From: Mustelus asterias
Taxonomy: Eukaryota
Reading direction: 5' to 3'
DNA: 64,000 nucleotides
Assembly: GCF_964213995.1 (NCBI RefSeq)
Contig: NC_135811.1
Location: 104,098,001 to 104,162,000 of the forward strand
The translations under genes and the position numbers were made by a program. The notes beneath the pieces were generated by a model. That model was not told the origin of the DNA, did no database searches, and saw nothing but the letters and a program-made list of their open reading frames with translations. Below, in pieces: positions 36,278 to 49,295 of the stretch (positions are counted from its first letter, which is position 1; the number at the start of each line of letters is the position of its first letter).

Positions 36278-36994
36278 GCTGATTTTTTAAGAGCCTGATG
36301 TGCGGATATTCAGCAGCAAGTAATAACCCAAAAGTAAACGTGCTAGATTCACTTAGGCTGCTGGCCAGGAAGACTCGATGTGATCAAGTGATGGGTGTTT
36401 CAAGCAAGGTCAAAACAATCAATTTCCCACAATAGACCACAGATATGAAAAATTGGCTCCCAGTCACATTCATTTCTTTCTCCAAGTTTTCCAATCCCAC
36501 ACCTCCCATCCTCGGTCCCAAGACAATCCTGTCTAATCATGTCACGGCTCACAGCTGCCAGCAACTCTTGGGTGCTACAATTAATGGCGCCCGGACAAGT
36601 AAGAGCAACTAATGATGGAGAATAAATGCTGGCCTAGCCATCTATGCTCACATACCACAAATTTTTAAAAACCAGCTGAAAATAATCTCGTCTTCATCGA
36701 ATGCCAATCCTGCACTCTTCCGAGTTAAGAGACCGCTGGGAGTGCAAGAACATAATCATGGTTAATTTTTCTTCGCCATCAACTGTCTCATTGAGATCTG
36801 TTCATTCAGACTAGGAAGTCAACCAGGGACCTTCTCTGAAAGTACAGCACCAGGCGCACATTACCCCATTAGAACAAATAAAGCATCACTTTGCCCACAT
36901 TCTGTGCTGTATGTTTACACATAGAACCATAGAACATTACAGCACAGAAACAGGCCTTTTGGCCCTTCTTGGCTGTGCCGAACCATTTTTCTGC

Positions 36995-38518
36995 CTAGTC
37001 CCACTGACCTGCACCTGGATCATATCCCTCCACACCCCTCTCATCCATGTACCTATCCAAGTTTTTCTTAAATGTTAAAAGTGAGCCCGCATTCACCACT
37101 TCATCTGGCAGCTCATTCCACACTCCCACCACTCTCTGTGTGAAGAAGCCCCCCCTAATATTCCCTTTAAACTTTTCCCCCTTCACCCTTAACCCATGTC
37201 CTCTAGTTTTTTTCTCCCCTAGCCTCAGTGGGAAAAGCCTGCTTGCATTCATTCTTTCTATACCAATCATAATTTTATACACCTCTATCAAATCTCCCCT
37301 CATTCTTCTACGCTCCAGGGAATAAAGTCCAAACCTATTCAACCTTTCTCTGTAACTCAGTTTCTCAAGTCCCGGCAACATTCTTGTAAACCTTCTCTGC
37401 ACTCTTTCAACCTTATTGATATCCTTCCTGTAATTAGGTGACCAAAACTGCACACAATACTCTAAATTCGGCCTCACCAATGTCTTATCCAACCTCACCA
37501 TAACAATCCAACTCTTATACTCAATACTTTGATTTATGAAGGCCAATGTACCAAAAGCACTCTTTATGACCCTATCTACCTGTGACGCCACTTTTAGGGA
37601 ATTATGTATCTGTATTCCCAGATCCCTCTGTTCTACTGCACTCTTCAGTGTCCTACCATTTACCTTGTATGTTCTACCTTGATTTGTCCTTCCAAAGTGC
37701 AATACCTCACACTTGTCTGCATTAAACTCCATCTGCCATTTTTCAAACCATTTTTCTAGCTCGTCCAAATCCTTCTGCAAGCTTTGAAAACCTTCCTCAC
37801 TGTCCACTACACCTCCAATCTTTGTATCATCAGCAAATTTGCTGATCCAATTTACCACATTATCATCCAGATCATTGATATAGACGACAAACAACAATGG
37901 ACCCAGCACTGATCCCTGTGGCACACCACTAGTCACAGGCTTCCACTGAGAGAAGCAATCCTCCACCACTACCACTCTCTGGCTTCCATTGAGCCAATGT
38001 CTATTCCAATTTACTACCTCTCCATGTATACCTAGCGACTGAACCTTCCTAACTAACCTCCCATGCGGGACCTTGTCAAAGGCCTTACTGAAGTCCATGT
38101 AGACAACATCCATTGCCTTCCCTTCATCCACTTTCCTGGTAGCCTCCTCGAAAAACTCTAATAGATTGGTTAAACATGACCTACCACGCTCAAAGCCATG
38201 GTGACTCTCCCTAATAAGTCCCTGTCTATCCAAATATTTGTAGATCCTATCTCTTAGCACTCCTTCCAATAATTTACCTACTACTGACGTCAAACTTACC
38301 GGCGTATAATTTCCCGCATTACTTTTTGAGCCTTTTTTAAACAACGGAACAACATGAGCTATCCTCCAATCATCCGGCACCTCACCCATGGATACCAACA
38401 TTTTAAATATATCTGCCGGGGCCCCTGCAATTTCAACACTAGTCTCCTTCAAGGTCCGAGGGAATACCCTGTCCGGTCCTGGGGATTTATCTACTCTGAT
38501 TTGCCTCAAGGACAGCAA
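36995..38518 (-). pseudogene. CR1 ORF2 reverse-transcriptase domain and C-terminus (507-aa open frame, no endonuclease domain)
   Basis: KSPGPD, PLFKKG, NY.PVSLTS, GRSCLTNL, DFSKAFDKV, GVPQGSVLGP and FADD motifs. Confidence 0.92.
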
Positions 38519-38688
38519 GCACCTCCTCCCCTTTAATCTGTGTAGGTTCCATGAGCTCCCTACTTGTTTGCCTTATTTCCATAGACTCCATGCCAGTTTC
38601 CTTAGTAAATATGGATGCAAAAAACCCATTTAATATCTCCCCCATTTCTTTTGGTTCCATACATAGCCGACCACTCTGATCTTCAAGA

Positions 38689-39036
38689 GGGGCGGCACGG
38701 TAGCACAGTGGTTAGCACTGCTGCTTCACAGCTCCAGGGTCCCGGGTTCGATTCCCGGCTCGGGTCACTGTCTGTGCGGAGTTTGCACATTCTCCTCGTG
38801 TCTGCGTGGGTTTCCTCCGGGTGCTCCGGTTTCCTCCCACAGTCCAAAGATGTGCGGGTTAGGTTGATTGGCCAGGTTAAAAAAAAAATTGCCCCTTAGA
38901 GTCCTGGGATGTGTAGGTTAGAGGGATTAGTGGGTAAAATATGTGGGGGTAGGGCCTGGGTGGGATTGTGGTCGGTGCAGACTCGATGGGCCGAATGGCC
39001 TCCTTCTGCACTGTAGGGTTTCTATGATTTCTATGA
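38689..39036 (+). mobile_element. Young HE1 V-SINE inserted in CR1 ORF2
   Basis: Full length and nearly identical to 25921-26253. Confidence 0.95.
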
Positions 39037-39504
39037 CCAATTTTATCCTTTACTATCCTTTTGCTCTTAACATACCTGTGGAAGCTCTTAGGACTATCCT
39101 TCACCTTGTCTGCCAAAGCAACCTCATGTCTTCTTTTAGCCCTCCTGATCTCTTTCTTAAGTAGTTTATTGCACTTTTTATACTCCTTAAGAGTCTTATT
39201 TGCTCCCTGGTGCCTATACATGTCATACATCTCTCTCTTCTTCTTTATCAGAGTTCCAGTATCCCTCGAGAACCAAGGTTCCTTATTCTTATTCACTTTG
39301 CCTTTAATCCTGACAGGAACATACAAGCTCTGCACTCTCAAAATTTCTCCTTTGAAGGCCTCCCACTTACCAATCACATCCTTGCCAGAGAACAGCCTGT
39401 CCCAATCCATGCTTTTTAGACACTTTCTGTTCAAAATTGCAACCCCATTTCTCTTTCAGTCATGAAGGAGACAGTAAGTCTAGCAATGCAGAAGCCTTTT
39501 ACAG

Positions 39505-40050
39505 GAAAGACTTGTATGTCTTTCACAACCACACAGCATCCCAAATCACTTTACAGCTACTCAAGTACTAGTGTAGTCCTATGTAGGGACCGCAGGGTCA
39601 ATTCGAACACAACAATGATGTGATGACGATCAAATAATTTCTCTTTTGCGAGGTTGATTGATGAATAAAGGCTCAGATCACTGGGGCTCTCCCCTGATCT
39701 TCTTTGCTATTGTGCCATTGTACTTTTTAGACCAGTCTGAAGGGGGAATTCCAGGCTTTCGTTTGACATTCATCTGAAGTACAGCGGCCGGGATTCTCCG
39801 GTCTCACACGACCCACTACGGCTGCCAGCAAGAACAGAGAATTTAGCGCTCAGCCCAATCTCCATTCACTGCAGCGGGACCAGAGAATCCCAGCCACGGG
39901 CGAGGTCAGAGAATTCTGGCCGGTACCTCAGACCGGTACCTCAGACGGTGCAGCCCTTCCTCAATACTACTTTGGGTACACCAGCCTTAATTTCTGTGCT
40001 CAAAACCTAAAGTGGGGCTCGAACCCACAACCTTCTGACTCAGAAGCGAG
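39505..40050 (-). mobile_element. DeuSINE (SacSINE1-like) with a MITE-like insert (39786-39920)
   Basis: Tail and head motifs on minus; insert bounded by GGCCGGGATTCTC / GAGAATTCTGGCC. Confidence 0.65.
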
Positions 40051-41049
40051 TGCTTTTATTTTTAAAAACAGGAAAGGGAAGTCATCACTATTGATAACTC
40101 CAGTGTTTGTAAAATCGGTACTGGTTATTGAGAACGGAAACCTCAATAGGTCAGGACAAATGTACTGAACAAGTAACCAAACATTTCAGTTCCAACTGAT
40201 TGGTTTGATTTCTTCTAGGGTTCAACTGAGATGTCACAGGGACGGGAGAATGCCAGGAGTGGAAAGGGACGTGCAATAGGCACAACCAATGAGCAGATCT
40301 CAAATTTACAAAAGACACGCACAAGGTTATTTATCCAGTACTTCCAATTATTGTATTCAAACTGCTTCACACAACAAACTTGTCTAGATAATGCCAGAGG
40401 GAGTGTGTAAAAGTAGCAATTAATTTGGAGAAGAAAGATTGTGTGGGAGAAATGCATAATAATGATTCAAAAATGTTGTGGGTCTCATTTGCGTCAGCTC
40501 TTGATTTCTCTTAAATAACCTTGTGTGTGTCGATGTAAATTTGAGATCAACTTATTAGTTGTGCCCATTGCATATCCCTTTCCATTCCGAGTGTTCTCCA
40601 TTGCTATGCCATCTTGGTTGAAGCCTAGAAGACTAATCAGTTTAAACTGAAATTTTTGGTTACTTGTTAAGTACATTCGTTCTGACCTATTAAGGTTCCC
40701 TTTCTCTGTAACCAATACCGATCTTACAAACAATGCAGCTCTTTACATTCAGGTTCAAAGTTAAATGTGAATTCTTAGGAAAATATAAAAAGGAATTACA
40801 GCTTCTGGACCTAGCACCAGATGGAGAGATTTCAATGAACGCACGTACCACAGAGCTTGGTAATGAAAATCTCTCAGATACTCAGTTGTACAGGAACAGA
40901 TGGCCAAACCGTGATTACCACCAGCTTTGTGAGCTTACCAGAGGCACATCCTCTGTCCTTGTAAAAAGTTGAGGTGCTGGCTAGTGTAATGGCTGCCAGT
41001 TGGGTCACGTTTGCTAACCATATAAAACTCTTCTCCTGAAGATGCCAAC

Positions 41050-41248
41050 TGTTAGTATGGCTCCTGCTTTGACCAAGACCGAAATAAACTACAAAGGATT
41101 GTGAACACCCTAGCTATGACTGTAACACGACATTATGCACCCTTTTCTTCTTCCCTATGTACTCCATAAATGATATGCTTTGTCTATATAGCACGCAAGA
41201 AACAATACTGTATCCCAATACATGTGATAATAATAAATCAAATGAAAT
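41050..41248 (+). mobile_element. Rex1-like 3' fragment with an internal deletion
   Basis: GTATGGCTCCTGC...GTGAAC fused to ACCCTAGCTATGAC (compare 49370-49856); AAATCAAAT tail. Confidence 0.75.
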
Positions 41249-41379
41249 CTTGCTGGAATATAGTCTACAGGCACCTAACAGCTTCTTGAACCTCACTGTC
41301 GAACAGGAAGTGGCCTTTTGCCCCTCGAGCCTGTTCCAGCATGCGATGACATCATAATTTTTCTGTGACGTAACTCTAT

Positions 41380-41488
41380 GGGCAGAATTTCCCATCCTGC
41401 CCACCAAAGGAATCAGAGCGGGCAGGACATGGACCACACGGGTGGGATTTTCCAGTCCTGAGGTGAGCATGGCCAGAAAATCCCGCCC
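41380..41488. mobile_element. Short GC-rich MITE-like element
   Basis: Terminal inverted repeats GGGCAGAATTT / AAATCCCGCCC; flanks TAT / CAT. Confidence 0.6.
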
Positions 41489-41917
41489 CATATATCTGCC
41501 TTTGTCCCTTAACACCTTTGGTCAACAAAAGTCCATCAATCCTGGATTTAAAATTAACCATTGATCCAGCATCAGCTGCCATTCCAAACTTCTCTCATCC
41601 TTTGCATCCTTCAATTGACCACCTTTTGATCAGCAAGCCTAAATGAAGAGGGTGGACAGACATTTGAAATAAAGACCATCAAAAGCTGAAAATGGGCTTG
41701 TCCTCTCAGACATTTACTCTAAAAACAACTTGCGTTTATACCAGAATTAAACTTCCTTAAGGTGCTTCACTGGAGCAATGGCAAACAAAATTTGACATCA
41801 AACCACATAAGATTAGGGCAGATTGTCAAAAGCTTGGTTGAGGAGGTAGGTTTTAAAGGGTCATCTTAAAGGAGAAGAAAGAGAAACATTGGGACGATTT
41901 AGTGAGAGAATTTCTCA

Positions 41918-42219
41918 GCATAGAATCATGGAGTCTACAGTGCAGAAAGAGGCCATTTGGCCCATCGAATCTGCACTGACAACAATCCCATCCAGGTCCC
42001 ATCCCCGCAACCCCACATATTTACCCTCCTAATCCCCCTGATATTAAGGGGCAATTTAGCATGGCCAATCAACCTAACCCGCACATCTTTGGACTGTGGG
42101 AGGAAACCCACGCAGACAAGGGGAGAATGTGCAAACTTCACATAGACAGTCACCCGAGGTCAGAATTGAACCCGGGTCCCTGGTGCTGTGAGGCAGCAGT
42201 GCTAACCACTGTGCCACCC
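41918..42219 (-). mobile_element. HE1 V-SINE
   Basis: Head, core and CR1-type tail. Confidence 0.9.
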
Positions 42220-43088
42220 TAGGCAGCTGAAAGTATGACCAATCATGCAACAAAGAAAATTGAGGCTTAAACTCAAACTTAACCAGTATCTAACAACCAA
42301 GCAATCAAGAGCAGGCATGTTTGCTTTTTTCTAACTTGTGTACTGAGATGAATTATAGCTTGGCTGCTGCTGCCCTGGTCAACTTCAGAACATCCCAGGA
42401 ACTGAACTTGCTCTAGGCTCCATTTCACAAGGTTGTGGCCAACTGAACCACTGGGGGATGTCAACAAACCAAATGCTGTTTCTCTTAAAACATTGGGAAA
42501 TTAATGGCTTTCTCCAACCATCCAGTTCCACATTTTCTCACACGTTCTTCATATTTTGTGAAAGGCATCGTGATATGCATGCCTCGCAAGATAAAATCCA
42601 CATTGTTTATGTCCCAACAACACAATCCCTGCCATGTGGGGGGATAGCGTGGAAGGGTGGGGCTGGCTCAAGCAGGATTTATTGGAAGATATGCACAACC
42701 TCCACTAACGGAAGAGGGATGGTCTGATTTACAAAGTTTACGCAGCAGTGCCTGTAGAAAATGCATACTTAGGAATTTAGAATGGCAAGCTGACAGGAAG
42801 CATACACAAATCCCAGAGTTTTAATATCTTAAAAAGTGCATATTGACAATTGCACGTAGCCTGAAACATTCCCCCCCTTCTTTCCATTACACTGGATGTA
42901 GTCAGAAAGCTGTTCCAGGTATTTATCTCAGGAAATACCCCTAATTCCCTTCCTATCTAACAATGTTAGCAATGCAAGTAAAATCTGTTTGACCAAATGT
43001 CAATGTTTCACATTTTGAGTTCTCAAAAAAACAGACAGATTAAAGTTACTAAAAATAAAGATAAAACATAGAATCATAGAAGGCATGA

Positions 43089-43410
43089 GGGCGACATGGT
43101 GGCACAATGGTTAGCACTGCTGCCTTACAACGCCAGGGACCCGGGTTCAATTCCAGTTTTGGGTGACTGTGTGGAGTTTACACGTTCTCCCCGTGTCTGC
43201 GTGGGTTTCCTCCGGGTGCTCCGGTTTCCTCCCACAGTCCAAAAATGTGTAGGTTAGGTTGATTGGCCATGCTAAATTGTCCCTTTGTGTCAGGGGGATT
43301 AGCAGGGTAAATATGTGGTGTTACGGGGACAGGGCCTGGGAGGGATTGTCGTCGGTGCAGGCACGATGGGCCGAATGGCCTCCATCTGTCCTGTAGGGAT
43401 TCTATGATTT
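43089..43410 (+). mobile_element. HE1 V-SINE
   Basis: Head, core and CR1-type tail. Confidence 0.9.
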
Positions 43411-44499
43411 TATAAAAACAAAACAACAAAACTGAAAATTCAAGAATGGGAATAACCTCTCAGGTATAATCCTTCATCAGATCTTGGGAACTAATTGCTT
43501 CTGACCAACAGCCCGTATCCAAACTATTAATCCAGCTTTTCTCCTCCGGGTGTGACAAGCGAGCTACGTGATTCTTGTTGCTGTGTTTAAACATTAAACA
43601 GCACTGGGACTTGCCCAAAATTCAATACAAATAGAAATTTAAAAAAACATCTTCACAAAGAGTTGGCTTAATGACTGGAAGAGAAATTTCCCAAGTATGA
43701 ATAGACCAACTGTGTGTCACTATTGAAACAAAACTTGCTTTGTGGTTGCCAATTCCCATCAGTCTGTGCACTTTCATTCTTAAAGGAATATTCCAGCCCT
43801 ATCAAGACTTTGAACGTGAAAATTTGCTTTACGCTGTAGACGTTCAAGACTTTTGTCCTTATGGACCACATGAGTTTGGAGTATGGATCCTCCTGAGGCC
43901 TAGGCATAAATCCAGGGTCTCATTGATTTGTACATTTCTGATACTAATTCAAATTTTATTCAAATTAATTTTGGGCACATTGATTTTAAATCGCATATAA
44001 ATGAACAATTAACAAAGAAAAAAAATAACATCACAAAATATCTGACTCTGATTCAAAAACTGGAAGTAAACTCAAGTGGTGAGCATCGGAAAATCTCCTG
44101 TCGCCGGAGTCCAGCATCATCTTGGTGCTGTAACTAGGATGTAACCAATGAGGCATGCAGCCTGACAAAACAAAAGCTCCTTTCAAACCTCCAGGTCAAA
44201 AATCTTAAGGACGGAGATGAAGATGCAAAGATTTAGGGAAGGAAGTAATGCAAGTAAAATGTTGGCCTGAGCGTCTCACGTAAGATTGTGAAGCTTAATG
44301 GCTACAAATTAGATAACCCTAGTTTAAAACTCCTAAATCCCTGGGAGAACATAGACTCTTCTATACTCAATGTTCACAAACCAAGTCAAAGTCAAATAAC
44401 ACACGATGTTCCTTCCCCTCAACACAACAGACACAATTATTAAAAAGTGTTCAAACTAGTTTACTTGTTCCCTCAGGTCATACTGGGTCCCTGCCAGGT

Positions 44500-44514
44500 C
44501 ATGATGTGGAGATG
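44500..44514 (-). mobile_element. 15-nt Penelope-like micro-insertion with a 10-bp TSD
   Basis: CATGATGTGGAGATG(CC) matches the element end at about 10797-10813; CCTGCCAGGT on both sides. Confidence 0.65.
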
Positions 44515-45124
44515 CCTGCCAGGTACCAGTCTTCCCCATGGGGCATCATATCTCTGCTTGTCATTTCCTCACAGTGATACTACCGTGCAACAGGTCCGAT
44601 GGCCCATATTCCTTCCTCAACCACCATGAAACACGTTAGCTGATCAACTTCTCTCACAACACCCAAGAAAAGGTTTTGCGTCACATTGCCTGCAAAGGCT
44701 TCACTTTCGCACCAGTCTGTTTCTCGACCCTCAGTTATGAGTCTCGTATCAAACTTTGTCTGATAGGCACCTTGGGATGTTTGACTATATCCAAGCATTA
44801 TATGAATACAAGGCATTGTGTTAGAGACAATGGAAGGAATGGAGAAAAGAAAGCAAATTAAAAGGAGATTACCATTTTGATTAACATGATTTAACAACTC
44901 TTCTTGTTTGGACAGAGAATAGAGCTATGTAGCATTTTTGTCACTTGTTTATACGAATGCATCCAAGTACAGTTTTGCCATAAAGGCTCACTGGATCATC
45001 ACCAGGAGGGGAACACTGGCTGATTCTTCAACCCTTCCCCCATCCAAGGTTACATGTGCGTTCATACGCAGGTAAGGGGAAAAAAACTTGCCTTTTTTTT
45101 GTCAGTAACTGAATTAAAGTAGGA

Positions 45125-45474
45125 ATGGACTGTGACTACACTTCCTGCTGCCTCGGCAAAGCAGCCAGCATAAGTAAGGACCCCATGCACCCCGGACATT
45201 CTCTTCCACCTTCTTCCGTCGGGAAAAAAATACAAAAGTCTGAGGTCACGTACCAACCGACTCAAGAACAGCTTCTTCCCTGCTGCTGTCAGACTTTTGA
45301 ATGGATCTACCTCGCATTAAGTTGATCTTTCTCGACACCTGAGCTATGACTATAACACTACATTCTGCACTCTCTCCTTTCCTTCTCTATGAACGGTATG
45401 CTTTGTCTATATAGCACGCAAGAAACAATACTTTTCACTGTATGCTAATACATGTGACAATAATAAATCAAATC
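45125..45474 (+). mobile_element. Rex1-like LINE 3' fragment
   Basis: YTSCCLGKAASI.KDP.HPGHSLF-type C-terminus; GTGACAATAATAAATCAAATC tail. Confidence 0.85.
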
Positions 45475-45483
45475 CAAGGTTAC

Positions 45484-46462
45484 GTAGAGTCATAGAGTCA
45501 TCGAGGTTTACAGCATGGAAACAGGCCCTTCGGCCCACTTGTCCATGCCGCCCTTTTTTTAGAAACCGCTAAGCTAATCCCAATTGCTCTCTATCCCTCT
45601 ATACCCATCTTACCCATGTAACTATCTAAATGCTTTTTAGAAGATAAAATTGTATCCTGCCTCTACTACTAACTCTGGCAGCTTGTTCCAGGCACTCACC
45701 ACCCTGTGTGAAAAAACTGCCCCTCTGGACCCTTTTGTATCTCTCCCCTCTCACCTTAAACCTATGCCCTCTAGTTTTAGACTTCCCCTACCTTTGGGAA
45801 AAGATATTGACGATCTACCTTGTCTATGCCCCTCATTATTTTATAGACCTCTATAAGGTCACCCCTCAGCCTCCTATGCTCCAGAGAAAAAAAGTCCCAG
45901 TCTATTCAGCCTCTCCTTATAACTCAATCCCTCAAGTCCTGGTAGCATCCTACTAAATCTTTTCTGCACTCTTTCTAGTTTAATAATATCCTTTCTATAA
46001 TAGGGTGACCAGAATTGCACACAGTATTCCAAGTGTGGCCTTACCAATGTCTTGTACAACTTCAACAAGACATCCCAACTCCTGTATTCAATGTTCTGAC
46101 CGATGAAACCAAGCATGCCGCATGCCTTCTTCACCACTCTGTCCACCTGTGACTCCACTTTCAAGGAGCTATGAACATGTACCCCTAGATCTCTTTGTTC
46201 TGTAACTCTCCCCAACGCCCTACCGTTAGCTGAGTAAGTCCTGCCCTGGTTCAATCTACCAAAATGCATCACCTCGCATTTGTCTAAATTAAACTCCATC
46301 TGCCATTCGTCAGCCCACTGGCCCAATTGATCAAGATCACGTTGCAATTGGAGATAACTTTCTTCACCATCCACTATGCCACCAATCTTGGTGTCATCTG
46401 CAAACTTACCAACCATGCCTCCTATATTCTCATCCAAATCATTAATATAAATGACAAATAAC
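45484..46462 (-). mobile_element. CR1 LINE, 5'-truncated and frameshifted
   Basis: LFVIYINDLDE...KFADDTKIGG; (CTCTATGA)n tail. Confidence 0.92.
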
Positions 46463-48027
46463 ATGTGTGTTCATACGCAGGTAGGGAAAAAAAAATCTTG
46501 CCCTCTTTTTTGTCAGTAACTGAATTAAACTGGGAATGAGGGTCTTCAGATTATGTAGGGAGAGTGGAGAAGCTGGAATGGTTCTTGTGAGTAATAAGAT
46601 TCAGTGTTTAAAGCATGAATGGTTTGATTAGAGCAAATAGGGAGAGCCTATTTTCACTGACACAATTAGTAACCATAGGATACAAAATTATGATCATTTG
46701 CAAAAGAATCTGTGGGAGATGGAGAGAAACTTAAAAAAAATAGCAAGTGATGTCTGAAAGAGCAATAGAAGCGGATTCAATAGTAGCTTCAAAAAGGCAA
46801 ATTGGATCGACACTCAGAAGGGAAGATTTTGCAAGTCTCCGGGAGAGGGGCAAGCGGCACTATTGGATAGTTCTTGCAAGGAGTTGGTATAGGCATGATG
46901 AACCAGATCTGCTCTGTACAATTCTGAGATGATGCCCCTTTGAATCAAGAGTGTTTCAATTGTCCATGATGATGAAAAACATGAATATTACTACAAAAAG
47001 GATCACTTGCAAGTTGACCAATGAATTCACAATAACTATTTGATGTACAGCATTCAGAGCAGCCCTACTCCATAGTTCAACTGCCAGTACACATCAAGTG
47101 AAAGTTCTGTACAGTACTAGTCTCTGGGTCAATTGGCTTCTAGTCAAAAAACAATTAGCTTCAGCTAACAGAGGACTCTGACTTAGTTTATTGGATCTAA
47201 CACTACCTGGATTAGCAGTCAGTGGCATTCCATTGAATGCTCATATGAGGTTTACAGACCAACGTGTATTGAAACTGGAATTGATTGTTCCCCAGGTCAT
47301 TAACAAATCACCATCTCACACCCACACAGGGTGTTCTCTGGATCTGCAGTTTAAAGATTAGGGAAAACTCAACACCCGAGAATATATACTAATGAGATTT
47401 CAAAGGCCAAATTGTTCTTCTCCTGATTGAATTATATCCCAGGCTTCTGTTCCTCAGAGTTGTCATCCTTTTCCAGGAATTAAGGATTAATCTCCTGGAC
47501 GCTGCTACAAGCAATCTGGGACAAAATTCACAATGGCTCTAAAAATAAACAGTGTGTTACATAATTAAGGAACATTGAATGCAAGGCAGCAAGTTGTTGG
47601 CAACTTGTCTTAACTCCATCGCTGTTGGGTGACAGAACACGCTAATGGATGACAGTACTCTGCTGTTCCAAGTGCTTTAATTGATTCAGTAATCCAGACA
47701 TTGAAATAAACACTTGTGCTCAGCCAAATTAAACTTCCTGTAACTGACGAGGGAAGACAGATTTGTGTGGGAATTTTGCAGCTCTGCGAGGTAAACATTG
47801 TGGCTGAGTGGACTGACCAGTAGGCCAGTGGAAACCTGGATTGGCAATTCTGTGGCTCACTTGGTAAAAACACTACCTGACATGACACTCTGAGCCACAT
47901 TAACCATTATACCTGCGTATTAGCTATGGGTCAGTCATTAGTGCCCTCGCTTATGAGTCAGGAGGCTGTGGGTTCAGCTCCCACTCTACCACTTGAGCAC
48001 AATTTTCAAGACTGACACACCAGTTTA

Positions 48028-49295
48028 AATGGATACAAAATTGGCTTCTTGACAGAAGCCAGAGGGTGGTTGTAGAGGGTTGTTTTTCAAACTGGAGGCC
48101 TGTGACCAGCGGTGTGCCTCAGGGATCACTGCTGGGCCCACTGTTATTTGTCATTTATATTAATGATTTGGATGAGAATATAGGGGGTATGGTTAGTAAG
48201 TTTGCAGATGACATTAAGATTGGTGGCATAGTGGACAGTGAAGAAAGTTATCTCCAATTGCAATGGAATCTTGATCAATTGGGCCAGTGGGCTTACGAAT
48301 GGCAGATGGAGTTTAATTTAGACAAATGCGAGGTAATGCATTTTGGTAGATTGAACCAGGGCAGGACTTACTGAGTTAATGATAGGGCATTGGGGAGAGT
48401 TACAGAACAAAGAGATCTAGGGGTACATGTTCATAGCTCCTTGAAAGTGGAGTCACAGGTGGACAGAGTGGTGAAGAAGGCATGCGGCATGCTTGGTTTC
48501 ATCGGTCAGAACATTGAATACAGGAGTTGGGATGTCTTGTTGAAGTTGTACAAGACATTGGTAAGGCCACACTTGGAATACTGTGTGCAATTCTGGTCAC
48601 CCTATTATAGAAAGGACATTATTAAACTTGAAAGAGTACAGAAAAGATTTACTAAGATGGTACCAGGACTTGATGGTTTGAGTTATAAGGAGAGGCTGAA
48701 TAGACTGGGACTTTTTTCTCTGGAGCTTAGGAGGCTGAGGGGTGACCTTATAGAGGTCTATAAAATAACGAGGGGCACAGACAAGGTAGATCGTCAATAT
48801 CTTTTCCCAAAGGTAGGGGAGCCTAAAACTAGAGGGCATTTGGTTTAAGGTGAGAGGGGAGAGATACAAAAGTGTCCAGAGGGGCAGTTGTTTCACACAG
48901 AGGGTGGTGAGTGTCTGGAACAAGCTGTCAGAGGCATTTAGATAGTTACATGGGTAAGATGGATATAGAGGGATATGGGCCAAATGCGGCAATTGGGATT
49001 AGAATCATAGAAACCCTACAGTACAGAAAGAGGCCATTCGGCCCATCGAGTCTGCACCGATCACATTCCCACCCAGGCCCTACCCCCATATCCCTACATA
49101 TTTACCCACTAATCCCTCTAATCTACGCATCTCAGGACACTAAGGGCAATTTTTAGCATAGCCAATCAACCTAACCCGCACATCTTTGGACATCTAATGA
49201 CCCCTATCATTAGCTTAGGGGTTTTTAAAAAAGGGCAGCATGGACAAGTTGGGCCGAAGGGCCTGTTTCCATGCTGTAAACCTCTATGACTCAAT
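48028..49295 (+). mobile_element. CR1 LINE, 5'-truncated, with stops; HE1 fragment (about 49000-49191, minus) in its 3' UTR
   Basis: GVPQGSLLGP and FADD motifs; GTTTA duplicated at the ends. Confidence 0.92.

Larger units (their letters stand above)
36919..39425 (-). mobile_element. CR1 (HER1-like) LINE, about 2.2 kb excluding an HE1 insertion; 5'-truncated
   Basis: ORF2 linker, RT domain and 3' tail; same subfamily as 11874-12824. Confidence 0.95.

Noticed and set aside
43740-44000. Protein-like 86-aa ORF (also those at 14532, 29266, 40733 and 56972)
   Set aside because: No recognisable domain and no consistent splice or frame chain; short ORFs like these are expected by chance.
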